From: an uncultured Clostridia bacterium
Lineage (GTDB): Bacteria; Bacillota; Clostridia; Christensenellales; CAG-917
NCBI GenBank assembly: GCA_944332815.1
Contig: CALVKQ010000004.1
Coordinates: forward strand, 69,319 to 133,318
Direction of reading: 5' to 3'
DNA: 64,000 nt
Of this stretch, positions 11,156-20,535 are shown piece after piece. How positions within the stretch are numbered: position 1 is the stretch's first letter; each line of letters begins with the position of its first letter. Below the pieces are notes generated by a model. That model did no database searches. It had not been told where the DNA came from and was given only the letters and a program-made list of their open reading frames with translations. A program made the translations under genes and the position numbers.

Positions 11156-14100
11156 TCATCCCGTTGCCCGCAGCGCTTTGACAGGGTCTTTGCGTGCGGC
11201 GGCGATCGCCGGCACCAACCCCGAAAGTACGGTCAGCACGATACTCAGCGCCACCAACAGCAGAGCGTGCAGGGGGTTGAGCACCGCGAAACTCGTGGGA
11301 GCCTGCGGCGCGAGCGAGGCTATCCAGGCGTTTATCGGGAAGTCGATTATCCACGCCAGGAACACGCCCAATATGCCTGCCGTGGCGCCTATGATCGCCG
11401 TTTCCGCATTGAAGAGGTTGCTGACGTCCAGTTTTCTTGCGCCGATGGAGCGCAGCACGCCTATCTCCGTCGTGCGTTCGAGCACGGAAACGTAGGTTAT
11501 GATGGCTATCATGACGCTGGACACCACCAGGGATATCGCGGCGAAAGCTATGAGTATGTAGGACACGATGTCCACCACCTGGGAGAGCAGGTCGGAGATC
11601 ATGCCTGCGGAGTCGGTGTACTGGACGGACATCCCGGGGTATTGCTCGTTCCACGCGTCGAGATAGGCGCAGATCTGATCTTTTGCCTCGAAGGAGGTCG
11701 GATAGAGATACGCTCCCGTCGGGGTGTCGGAGCCGCCCAAGCCCTTTATCATGTCCTCATAGGAACTGTCTATCAATGCGAGTATGGACGTGCCGCTGAG
11801 CTGGAAGCCGCCGATGTCTATGTTCAGTTCGGGCAGCATCTCGCGCAGCGCGTCGTCGGAGAGATACTCGGAAAGGTCTATCTCCATCCCACCGAACTGC
11901 AATTTCATGTTCTGCACGGTTTTAAGCAGATTGGAGATGGACCCGGCGTTGCGCATGGCGTCTATCTGTTCTGCGGTGAGGAAACTTTCAAGAGTAGTGC
12001 CTTCGTTGAACATTCCGCCGAGGTCGCCGGGCAGTGTGCTGAGGTCGAGAGTGGTCAGCATATCCACCATTTCGCTCACGACTTCACGTTCGCTCATCCC
12101 GAAGCCCTCTATGAGGGACACGATCTGATCGAAGTTGAAGGAGAAGGGGGTGCCCGTGATGACGTTCACGTTGGTGAAAGTCTGCTGATATTTGACTATT
12201 TCGGACTGCATGGAGTCGTCCAGGAAGAGCTGTACGAGGTCCTCCGTGTAAGCGACGCCGGTTTGGAGCAGGGGGGCGAGGATGCCCTGTTTCACGCGCA
12301 GGACGCCGACTATCGTGACCGTGAAGTTCTCATCTTCGTCGTAGGTCGCGAAGTTCTGATTGTAAGTCGCCTGCATATTGCTCTTCATGGAGCCGTTTTC
12401 GTCAAAGAGCTCGTCTGCGCTCACGAAACCGTTCGCAGGGTCGCCGTCCACGTAAGCGTCGCTCGGCACTTTGTAGTAGTTATTATTGCCGACCACGGTG
12501 ATCTCGGTGCCCAGGATATCGTCGAAGTTTACGGGCAGATAGCCGCCGTTGCCGTCCTCTTCGAGGGGTATGCCCAGCGCTTCCAGAATGGAGTAGTCGA
12601 TCATGTTGTAGCTGTTGATGACCAGCACCGCGGAACGCGCCTTATTGCCGTTGTAATCCTCGCCGTCCTCGTAGGTCTGTCCGAGGATCCCGTTTGCGAC
12701 TTCGTCGCCCGGATAGCCGCCTGCCTCTATGGTGAACTGTTCCAGCATGAAGTCGTCCCAGAGCAGCTTCTGCCAGCCGATGGGGTTTGAAGACATCCCC
12801 ATGGAGGACATCGCGTCCCCGAGGAAGGAGGAGTTGGAGGGTGGGATGAAGGTGTAATCGTCGTTGGAGCTGCCTTCGCCCGTCTTTATGAGCAGAGGGA
12901 TGCCCACGCCGTAGCTGTATCTGATGGCGTTCAGCGTGCCGGGCAGCTCATCGGGTATGGCTTGGACGTATTTCATGTATTCGTCCGTGAGCACGTTCAC
13001 GCCGAAGTCTATCCCTTCCAGCCCCATCAGCCCGGAGGGTTTGTAGGGGGTGACTTCATCGGATTCGGGGAACTGCGGACCGTCGCCCGTCTGTATCTCC
13101 ATGTTCATGAGGGAGTCGATGTCGAGGTCCACGCCCACGGAGTTGACGGTGAGGGGCATGCTGGAAAGTATGCTCCCTTCCAGGTCTTTCATATAGAGGT
13201 CAAAGCCGTTGGAGAGGGAGAGCACCAGCGCGATGCCTATGATGCCTATGCTGCCTGCAAAAGCGGTGAGGAAAGTCCTTGTGCGTTTGGTGATGAGGTT
13301 GCGCGCGGACAGCGAAAGCGCGGTGAAGAAGGACATGGAAGTGCGTTCCTTCTTCTCGCGTTTGGGCTTGCCGCTGTGCTTTTTGACCTTGACGGGAGTT
13401 TCGGGGGAGAGCACCGCGACGAATTTATCTTCGGGAGAGGGCTCCGCGGACTCCGCGTCGGCGTTTCCGCCTTCCTCCGCCGCATATTTAGCCGCAGCTT
13501 CTTCCTCCGTCTGCCCTTCGCTCACGGAAGCGTCGTTCATAGTCAGGGCGGAGGGCGCCGCGTCGTCCGTGGTGGCGGTGGCTTCCTCTATGACCGGGTT
13601 TTCGGACATTTTGCCCTTTTTCTTTTTGCTTTTTTGCTTTTTGTCGGTTTCGATGTTCTCGGGCTTGCTTTCCTCTTTGACGGCGGTTTCCGCCATGACA
13701 GCCCCGTTTTCCTCCTCTTCGGACTCGCTGTGCGCGATGTATTCCTCCAAAGGAGTGACGTTCTCCTCCGCCATGGGAGTGACGGGGGCGAGGATGGTGG
13801 GCATACCGTCGTAAGGATTGCTGTCCGCGATGACTTCGCCGTCCATCAGCTCGATGATACGGGTGGAGTAACGCTTGGCAAGCTCCGGATTATGCGTGAC
13901 CATGATGACGAGCCTGTCGTCCGCGATCTCCTGCAAAAGATCCATGACCTGTTCGGAGGTCTTGGTGTCCAGCGCGCCGGTGGGCTCGTCCGCGAGGATT
14001 ATCTCGGGATTGTTGACGATGGCGCGCGCGATCGCGACGCGCTGCATCTGACCGCCCGACATCTGGTTGGGCTTCTTTTTGAGCTGACCGCCCAGCCCCA

Positions 14101-14485
14101 CGCGTTCCAACGCTTCGGTGGCGAGCTTTCTCTTTTTCTTTTTGGACACGCCCGAAATGGTGAGCGCAAGCTCTACGTTCTGAAGCACGTTGAGATGGGG
14201 GATGAGGTTGTACGACTGGAAAATAAAGCCGACGGAGCGGTTGCGGTAAGCGTCCCAATCCCTGGAACGGAACTCTTTTGTGGACTTGTCGTTGATGATG
14301 AGGTCGCCGTCCGTGTAGCGGTCCAGCCCACCGATGATGTTGAGAAGGGTGGTCTTGCCGCAGCCGGAGGGACCGAGGATGGAAACGAATTCGCTCTTGC
14401 GGAAGTTGAGGCTGACCCCTTTGACCGCATGGACGACGGAATCCGCCATTTTGTAGTCCTTGATGATGTTGACGAGTTTAAGCAT
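11156..14485 (-). CDS. Fused ABC transporter: N-terminal ATPase, acidic/lysine-rich linker, MacB/FtsX-type permease with a large extracytoplasmic domain (1109 aa)
   Basis: Walker A GPSGCGKTT, signature MSGGQMQRVAIARA, Walker B ILADEPTGALD. The C-terminal FtsX motif is RTTEIGVLRSIGARK followed by TM helices. Confidence 0.9.
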   Translation of the reverse strand: MLKLVNIIKDYKMADSVVHAVKGVSLNFRKSEFVSILGPSGCGKTTLLNIIGGLDRYTDGDLIINDKSTKEFRSRDWDAYRNRSVGFIFQSYNLIPHLNVLQNVELALTISGVSKKKKRKLATEALERVGLGGQLKKKPNQMSGGQMQRVAIARAIVNNPEIILADEPTGALDTKTSEQVMDLLQEIADDRLVIMVTHNPELAKRYSTRIIELMDGEVIADSNPYDGMPTILAPVTPMAEENVTPLEEYIAHSESEEEENGAVMAETAVKEESKPENIETDKKQKSKKKKGKMSENPVIEEATATTDDAAPSALTMNDASVSEGQTEEEAAAKYAAEEGGNADAESAEPSPEDKFVAVLSPETPVKVKKHSGKPKREKKERTSMSFFTALSLSARNLITKRTRTFLTAFAGSIGIIGIALVLSLSNGFDLYMKDLEGSILSSMPLTVNSVGVDLDIDSLMNMEIQTGDGPQFPESDEVTPYKPSGLMGLEGIDFGVNVLTDEYMKYVQAIPDELPGTLNAIRYSYGVGIPLLIKTGEGSSNDDYTFIPPSNSSFLGDAMSSMGMSSNPIGWQKLLWDDFMLEQFTIEAGGYPGDEVANGILGQTYEDGEDYNGNKARSAVLVINSYNMIDYSILEALGIPLEEDGNGGYLPVNFDDILGTEITVVGNNNYYKVPSDAYVDGDPANGFVSADELFDENGSMKSNMQATYNQNFATYDEDENFTVTIVGVLRVKQGILAPLLQTGVAYTEDLVQLFLDDSMQSEIVKYQQTFTNVNVITGTPFSFNFDQIVSLIEGFGMSEREVVSEMVDMLTTLDLSTLPGDLGGMFNEGTTLESFLTAEQIDAMRNAGSISNLLKTVQNMKLQFGGMEIDLSEYLSDDALREMLPELNIDIGGFQLSGTSILALIDSSYEDMIKGLGGSDTPTGAYLYPTSFEAKDQICAYLDAWNEQYPGMSVQYTDSAGMISDLLSQVVDIVSYILIAFAAISLVVSSVMIAIITYVSVLERTTEIGVLRSIGARKLDVSNLFNAETAIIGATAGILGVFLAWIIDFPINAWIASLAPQAPTSFAVLNPLHALLLVALSIVLTVLSGLVPAIAAARKDPVKALRATG

Positions 14486-14736
14486 GATTTACCTACAAAG
14501 CGGAAGCGATGTCCGCAAACCCTCCGTCCCTTTTTAAGCGAAAAATCTAATCATAAACATTATACTTACCGCGCGCGCGGATGTCAATCGCGGCGGCATA
14601 TGCTTAAAGAAAAAATCCGATTTTTTCAATCGTTGTCCGCGGTGTGCTTTTTGTGGCGGCAAGACTTGAAAAAACATGCCGAAAATGCTATCATCCCATT
14701 GCGTGACATGCCATTTGAGGCAGGCGCTCGGAGAGA

Positions 14737-15444
14737 ATGATGCAAAAAGAATTTTGTTCGCGGACGCTGGCGTTGGTCGGCGAAGAAGGAGTGAGAGCTC
14801 TCGCCTCCGCCTCCGTGCTGGTGGTGGGGCTGGGCGGAGTTGGCGGCTATGCCGTCGAAGCGCTCGCGCGCGCCGGTGTGGGACGCATCGGGCTGCTGGA
14901 CGGCGACGTCATCGCCCCTTCCAACCTCAATCGTCAGATACTCGCCACCACCTCTTCCGTGGGCATGAAAAAGACGGACGCGGCAAGGGAGAGGGTGCTC
15001 TCCGTCGCCCCCGACTGCGTCACGGAAACTTACGATATGTTCTATCTCCCGGGCACTGCGGACGGGGTGGACCTCTCCCGTTACGACAGGGTGATAGACG
15101 CCGTGGACACCGTTGCCGCTAAGGTGGAGCTCATCTGCCGTGCGAAGGCACAAAATGTCAAAATCGTGAGTTCAATGGGCACAGGAAACAAATTAAGTGC
15201 CGATTTTGAGATATGCGACATTTCCGCAACATCAGTTTGTCCGCTTGCGAGAGCAGTGCGCAAGGGGCTGCGCGAGAGGGGCATCTCCTCCGGTGTGGAC
15301 GTCCTTTTTTCCCACGAAGCGCCGAGGCAGGGGGAGGGGCGCACCCCTGCGAGCATATCCTATGTTCCCGGCATTGCCGGGCTCATGCTGGCAGGGCACG
15401 TCATACGCGACATCCTGAAAGAAAAGGGAGGCCGCGAAGGATGA
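14737..15444 (+). CDS. tcdA: tRNA threonylcarbamoyladenosine dehydratase (ThiF/MoeB-family E1-like)
   Basis: VLVVGLGGVGGYAVEALARAGVGRIGLLDGDVIAPSNLNRQ; the length and C-terminus are typical of TcdA/CsdL. Confidence 0.85.
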   Translation: MMQKEFCSRTLALVGEEGVRALASASVLVVGLGGVGGYAVEALARAGVGRIGLLDGDVIAPSNLNRQILATTSSVGMKKTDAARERVLSVAPDCVTETYDMFYLPGTADGVDLSRYDRVIDAVDTVAAKVELICRAKAQNVKIVSSMGTGNKLSADFEICDISATSVCPLARAVRKGLRERGISSGVDVLFSHEAPRQGEGRTPASISYVPGIAGLMLAGHVIRDILKEKGGREG

Positions 15445-16625
15445 GCATTTACGACGGGCGCATGAAGCTGCGCATCTCTGCGGCGAGCGGCACGGAAGCG
15501 GTGTTGAAAAGGGAGCTGACCGAGCTCGGTTATCTGCCCGGCGGCGCCGAGTACGGCAGGGTGGACATCGAGGGCGATATGCGCGACGTGGCGCGCGCCA
15601 ATATGTTTTTACGCACCGCAGGCAGAGTGCGCATAGTGCTTGCGGAATTTTCGGCAAGCACCTTCGACGAGTTATATGACGGGACGCGCGCGGTCAGGTG
15701 GCAGGACGTTCTGCCCTCCGACGCGGCGGTAACAGTCAACGCGAAGAGCATAAAAAGCAAACTTTTTTCTTTGCGCGACATCCAGCGCGTGGTGAAAAAG
15801 GCGGTCGCGGACTCCTATGCGGCGGCGCACGGCGGCGTACGTATGCCCGAGGTCGGCGAAAAATACGACGTCGAGGCGTGCGTCCTATGCGACAGGGTCT
15901 CCCTCACTTTGGACACCTCCGGCGCCGGGCTGCATAAGCGAGGGTATCGCGTGAAGCTGGGGGAGGCGCCCATACGCGAAACGCTTGCGGCTGCCATGCT
16001 CCTGCTTTCGGTGTGGAAGGGAGAGCGCCCTTTTTTGGACCCCTTCTGCGGCTCGGGCACCATTCCCGTGGAAGCGGCGCTGATAGGCACGAACACTCCT
16101 CCCGGGCTCAAAAGAGCGTTCGCGTTCGAGAGGTTCTCCCTCGCGCCTGCCGTTGCCGACAGCGTGCGCAGAGAGGGGGAGGAACTGGTGGACCGCACCG
16201 TCAAACTGCGCATAAGGGGCGGCGACATCTCCGCCGACGCGCTCAGACTCGCGCGTGAACACGCCGCGCGCGCAGGCATGGCGGAGCACATACATTTTCA
16301 GGTGCAGGACGCAAGGGAGATATCCTCACGCTTCGCGCACGGCGTCATAGTCACCAATCCGCCTTACGGCGAGCGGCTGATGCAGGGGAGGGAACTCGAC
16401 GCCCTCTACGCCGATTTCGGGCGCGCGTTCGCGCGGCTGGACGAGTGGAGCGCGTATGTCATCACTTCCTGCCGCTCCTTCGAAAAGAGTTTCGGCAGGA
16501 GAGCGGACAAAGTGCGCACACTTTACAATTCTGAGCTGGAATGCAGGTTTTACAGGTTCCTGGGCGCGCCGCCCGAGCGCAGGGCGCGGACGGACGCAGG
16601 GGACGCGGAAGGAGATAGGATATGA
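15441..16625 (+). CDS. THUMP-domain class I SAM-dependent RNA methyltransferase (RlmL/YpsC-like)
   Basis: MSIYDGRMKLRISAASGTEAVLKRELTELGY... (THUMP) and the VTNPPYGERL motif. The ATG at 15441 overlaps the tcdA stop (ATGA). Confidence 0.85.
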   Translation: MSIYDGRMKLRISAASGTEAVLKRELTELGYLPGGAEYGRVDIEGDMRDVARANMFLRTAGRVRIVLAEFSASTFDELYDGTRAVRWQDVLPSDAAVTVNAKSIKSKLFSLRDIQRVVKKAVADSYAAAHGGVRMPEVGEKYDVEACVLCDRVSLTLDTSGAGLHKRGYRVKLGEAPIRETLAAAMLLLSVWKGERPFLDPFCGSGTIPVEAALIGTNTPPGLKRAFAFERFSLAPAVADSVRREGEELVDRTVKLRIRGGDISADALRLAREHAARAGMAEHIHFQVQDAREISSRFAHGVIVTNPPYGERLMQGRELDALYADFGRAFARLDEWSAYVITSCRSFEKSFGRRADKVRTLYNSELECRFYRFLGAPPERRARTDAGDAEGDRI

Positions 16626-17065
16626 GAGCAGTGATACAGAGGACTTTCCGTTCCTCACTGTCCGTGGACGGCGACACGGTTGGGGAGATAAAGTCGGGAC
16701 TGACCGTTTTTCTTGCCGTATGCAAAGGGGACACCGAGGAGCAGGCGGACTATTTCGCGCGCAAACTGGTGCGGCTCAGGGTGTTCCGCGACGATGACGG
16801 AAAAATGAACCGCAGCGTGCTGGACGTGGGAGGAGAGATACTTCTGGTGTCCCAGTTCTCGCTCGCCGGCAAGCTGGGCAGAGGGCACGGCAACCGTCCC
16901 GATTTCGGCGGCGCGGAAGAGCCCTCGCGCGCAAAAGCGCTCTACGAGAGAGTGGTGGAGAAAGTGCGCGGCGAAGGTGTGACCGTGGCAACGGGAGTGT
17001 TCGGCGCGCATATGTTCATCGAGCAGGAGCAGGACGGTCCGCTGACCTTCGTGTTCGAGTGCTGA
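16622..17065 (+). CDS. dtd: D-aminoacyl-tRNA deacylase
   Basis: MRAVIQR...GLTVFLAV...LLVSQFSLAG...GVFGAHM; 147 aa. The start overlaps the upstream stop (ATGA). Confidence 0.9.
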   Translation: MRAVIQRTFRSSLSVDGDTVGEIKSGLTVFLAVCKGDTEEQADYFARKLVRLRVFRDDDGKMNRSVLDVGGEILLVSQFSLAGKLGRGHGNRPDFGGAEEPSRAKALYERVVEKVRGEGVTVATGVFGAHMFIEQEQDGPLTFVFEC

Positions 17066-17187
17066 ACGCTTTTTATCAAAAGCAGCATCTGACGTATATA
17101 TTAACGAAACTTTTATATTTGACTTGACGGCGAATATGGGCTAGAATGGCCCTGACGCCCGGGGAACGCCCGAGGGCACGGAGTATT

Positions 17188-17730
17188 ATGGAATTTCTCG
17201 AACTCGTAAAAAGACGCGAAAGCTGTCGCAGTTACACGGGCGAGCCCGTGAGCGACGCCGATCTTAAAGATATAGTCGAAGCAGGCAGGCTCGCCCCTTC
17301 GGCGTGCAATTCCCAGCCCTGGAAGTTTTACGTCGTCGGCAGCGGCGGCGAGAGGATGGAAAAGATGCGCGCCGCGGCGCAGATAGCAGGCAACAATAAG
17401 TTCGCCGCAAAAGCCTCCGCGTTCATAGTGGTGTTCCGCGAAAAACCCAACTACTCCGAGCGAGTGGGACAGGTGCTTTTCGGCAGGGAATTTTCCGCGA
17501 TAGACATCGGGCTCGCGGTGGAAAACATCGTGCTTGCCGCCACCGAAAAGGGGTTGGGCACCTGCATATTGGGGATGTTCACCGAAAGCGCCGTCAAGGA
17601 GTGCATAGGGCTCGGCAAACGCGATAAGCGCAAAGTGGAGCTGGTCATCGCGGTGGGCGTGCCAACTTCCGCGACGCCGCGCCCCAAAAAGCGCAAGGAA
17701 GAGTCCGAAGTCGCAGTCTATCTCAAATGA
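17188..17730 (+). CDS. Nitroreductase-family protein
   Basis: MEFLELVKRRESCRSYTGEPVSDADLKDIVEAGRLAPSACNSQPWKFYVV is a typical nitroreductase N-terminus. The internal ATG at 17188 is preferred. Confidence 0.85.
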   Translation: MEFLELVKRRESCRSYTGEPVSDADLKDIVEAGRLAPSACNSQPWKFYVVGSGGERMEKMRAAAQIAGNNKFAAKASAFIVVFREKPNYSERVGQVLFGREFSAIDIGLAVENIVLAATEKGLGTCILGMFTESAVKECIGLGKRDKRKVELVIAVGVPTSATPRPKKRKEESEVAVYLK

Positions 17731-18227
17731 ACCGTCCGCGCGACGAAAGATATCTTAGTGTCATGTTCGTGTGTTTCGGCAACATCTGCCGTTCACCGAT
17801 GGCGGAGTTCGTGTTCGCGGACATGGCGCAAAAGGCAGGGCTCGGCGACAGGGTGCACGCGGCTTCCGCCGCCACCAACTGCGAGGAGGGCAGACCCGTC
17901 CACCCCGAAACGCTGAAAGTGCTGCGCGCTCACGGGGTGCGCGTGTATCCGAAAAGATCGGTGCTGCTCACGCCGGACGACGCCGAGCGTTACGACCTCT
18001 TCGTGGGCATGGACGAATATAATATCAGGGCGATGCGCCGCATCTTGGGGGAAGGGGTGTGGGACAGGATAGTGAAGATGGGCGATTTCACATCCTCGCC
18101 GCGCGACATCGCCGACCCGTGGTACACGGGGGACTTTGACGCGACGTACGCCGATGTGTCGGAGTGCGCCGCCGTAATGTTGCAAAAACTCTTTGGGGAA
18201 GAGATAAATGAAAGCAAAGACAAATAG
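17727..18227 (+). CDS. Low-molecular-weight protein-tyrosine phosphatase
   Basis: VMFVCFGNICRSPMAE (the CX5R(S) P-loop) and a DPWY motif. Confidence 0.9.
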   Translation: MNRPRDERYLSVMFVCFGNICRSPMAEFVFADMAQKAGLGDRVHAASAATNCEEGRPVHPETLKVLRAHGVRVYPKRSVLLTPDDAERYDLFVGMDEYNIRAMRRILGEGVWDRIVKMGDFTSSPRDIADPWYTGDFDATYADVSECAAVMLQKLFGEEINESKDK

Positions 18228-18594
18228 GATGGGCAACACCGTTATGTCGGTGATCTGCCTGTTGATAGGGCTTGCTTTGCTCGGCGTCGGGATATACCTT
18301 CTGACGACGGGAGGCAGCAAACTTACGGGCGGCGTGCTGGTCGGATTGGGTGCGCTCATCATCGCGCTTTTCGGCTGCACGATGTACCTCATCCTGAACT
18401 TCGACAAGCTGCAACGCAAGGCGGAAGATAAGGCGGCAAGAGAGGCGGAAGCAAGACGCGCCGAGCGCAGAAGAGAAGCCGACAGGCTGCGCGCCGAAAG
18501 AGGTCTGCCCGTCGTCGAACCGTTCGGAGAGGAGAAAAACGAAGGGAGCATATCTGCCGAACGCGAGGATGATAACATCGAAAACGTGCGTTAA
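18208..18594 (+). CDS. Hypothetical membrane protein with two TM helices and an Arg/Glu-rich tail
   Basis: VICLLIGLALLGVGIYLL and VLVGLGALIIALFGCTMYLIL, then KAEDKAAREAEARRAERRREADRLRAER. An alternative start at 18229 sits immediately after the upstream stop. Confidence 0.6.
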   Translation: MKAKTNRMGNTVMSVICLLIGLALLGVGIYLLTTGGSKLTGGVLVGLGALIIALFGCTMYLILNFDKLQRKAEDKAAREAEARRAERRREADRLRAERGLPVVEPFGEEKNEGSISAEREDDNIENVR

Positions 18595-18649
18595 ACTGCG
18601 GATTTTGTGGCTTTTGGCAAAAATAAAATTTTAACAGAGGTGCGGCGAT

Positions 18650-19339
18650 ATGGACGTGGAACGTGAGCTTAAAGAACTTGCGGACGCCCGTTACCGCACC
18701 TTTCATTTATCCCTTATCCCGGGCGTGGAGCAGGAGAGAGTGCTGGGGGTGCGCGTGCCGGATATACGCGCGCTCGCACGGCGTATGAGCGAAGAGGACA
18801 AAGCGGAGTTCCTTCGCGTTTTGCCGCACGGGTATTACGACGAGGATATGCTGCATGCGGCGCTCATCTCCTCCGTCCGCGACGAGGATGGTGCGGTGCA
18901 GGCGGTCGCGCGGTTTTTGCCCTACGTGGACAATTGGGCGGTGTGCGACGCAATAGTCCCCAAATGTTTTTCTCGCGCGTCCTTACGTGTGCGCGACTTC
19001 GCATACGAGTGTATTGCGAGCGAGCGGCTTTACACCGCGCGTTGGGGGATAAACTGCCTGCGCGCCTTTTTCCTGGACAAAAACTTTGACGAAGACGTGC
19101 TCGCGAAGGTGGCGGCGGTCTGCGGCGGCTATTACCTTGATATGGCGGCGGCGTGGTTTTTCTGCGACGCGCTCATAAAACGCCGCGAGGACGCCGTGAA
19201 ATTCTTCGAGCAGGGCAGGCTTGTCCGCGACGTGCACGTCAAAGCTGTGCGCAAGGCATGCGAAAGTTTCCGCCTCCCTCCGGACTTCAAGGCGTATCTG
19301 CGCTCCCTTCCCCTTCCCGTGCAAGCCTGCGAGGAGTGA
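18650..19339 (+). CDS. DNA alkylation repair protein (AlkD-like HEAT-repeat family)
   Basis: LKELADARYRTFHLSLIPGVEQERVLGVRVPDIRALARRM... resembles the DNA alkylation repair enzyme family. Confidence 0.75.
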   Translation: MDVERELKELADARYRTFHLSLIPGVEQERVLGVRVPDIRALARRMSEEDKAEFLRVLPHGYYDEDMLHAALISSVRDEDGAVQAVARFLPYVDNWAVCDAIVPKCFSRASLRVRDFAYECIASERLYTARWGINCLRAFFLDKNFDEDVLAKVAAVCGGYYLDMAAAWFFCDALIKRREDAVKFFEQGRLVRDVHVKAVRKACESFRLPPDFKAYLRSLPLPVQACEE

Positions 19340-19453
19340 GAGAGTACGCCGCACAGATTTCAGTTTTTCCCTCCGTAAAAATTTACTGTTGAACTATTTC
19401 CGTTTGTGGAGTATAATGAAAAAGGCGGAAGCGTCCGCCTGATAAGGAGGAAC

Positions 19454-20335
19454 ATGGAGTACACTATTTTTAACGATTTCATCGAAGTCACCGTTTCCGA
19501 TGTCGGCGCGGAGTTGATGTCGATAAGATCCAAAAAGGACGGCACGGAATTTCTCTGGCAGGGGGACCCCGAGTTTTGGAAGGGCAGAGCGTACAATCTC
19601 TTCCCCATCTGCGGCAGGCTCACGGAGGGCAAATATACTTTCGAGGGCAAGACCTATGAGATGAATTTGCACGGTTTCGTGAGAAAGAGCGTGCTGGACG
19701 CCACCGTGCTGGCGTGCGACAAGATCGACTTCGGTCTGCGTTCCGACGCCAAGACCATGGAGATGTATCCTTTCGAGTTCGAGTATCACATCTGTTATTC
19801 GCTCGTGGGCAGCACCGTGCAGATGGAGATATCCGTCGTGAACCACACCGAGAGCACCATGCCGTTCGCGCTGGGCGGACATCCCGGGTTCAACGTGCCG
19901 CTCGCAGGTGAAGGGAACTTCGAGGACTGGAAGCTGGAGTTCTGCCCCGAATGCGCGCCCGTGCAGGTGGTGATGTCCGACGCCTGTCTGACCACGCCAG
20001 AGAGAGCGGCGTTCCCGTTGGAGGAGGGCAAGTTCCTCCCTCTCAGGCACTCCCTCTTCGACCGCGACGCCGTCATACTGACCGGAGCGTCCAAGCGCAT
20101 AACGCTGAAAAGCGACGTTTCCGCGCACAGCGTGACCGTGGAAGTGCCCGACGCCATGAAGTATCTCGGCATATGGCACGCGCCGCACAAGGAGGCGCCG
20201 TATGTGTGCATAGAACCGTGGACCAGCCTGCCTTCCTATGACGGAGAGGTGGACGACCTTGCGTCCAAGCGCGATATGTTCGAGCTTTCTCCGCTCGCGT
20301 CCTACACCCTGATATGGGCTGTTACCGTGGAATGA
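19454..20335 (+). CDS. Aldose 1-epimerase-family protein
   Basis: MEYTIFNDFIEVTVSDVGAELMSIRSKKDGTEFLWQGDPEFWKGRAYNLFPICGRL...GGHPGFNVPL; RBS aggagg lies upstream of the ATG at 19454. Confidence 0.8.
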   Translation: MEYTIFNDFIEVTVSDVGAELMSIRSKKDGTEFLWQGDPEFWKGRAYNLFPICGRLTEGKYTFEGKTYEMNLHGFVRKSVLDATVLACDKIDFGLRSDAKTMEMYPFEFEYHICYSLVGSTVQMEISVVNHTESTMPFALGGHPGFNVPLAGEGNFEDWKLEFCPECAPVQVVMSDACLTTPERAAFPLEEGKFLPLRHSLFDRDAVILTGASKRITLKSDVSAHSVTVEVPDAMKYLGIWHAPHKEAPYVCIEPWTSLPSYDGEVDDLASKRDMFELSPLASYTLIWAVTVE

Positions 20336-20376
20336 AACTGCCGCCGCGCGATCGCGGCAGAGATGAAAGCAATGAC

Positions 20377-20404
20377 AAAAACGCCGGTTTATCCGGCGTT
20401 TTTC
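20377..20404. terminator. Bidirectional intrinsic terminator between convergent genes
   Basis: aaaaacgccgg-tttat-ccggcgttttt. Confidence 0.75.
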
Positions 20405-20535
20405 GGTGTCCTAAACCGTTAATGCGTTGTTAAGTTGCTTGTCGCCGTTGTCGTCCGGGACGCACGTTGCGCGGCGCGCGCCGCAGGGAAGGGGGCGCAC
20501 GGAAGAGGGGTTTTGACGGGCGGAGCGCGGAGAGG

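Noticed and set aside
10923-11654. 243-aa minus-strand ORF spanning the MITE-like element and the 3' end of the ABC gene; also small ORFs 10640..10910(-), 33318..33563(-) and 33626..33808(-) within the repeats.
   Set aside because: They cross element and gene boundaries, are not conserved as ORFs between the two MITE copies, and have low-complexity Arg-rich translations.
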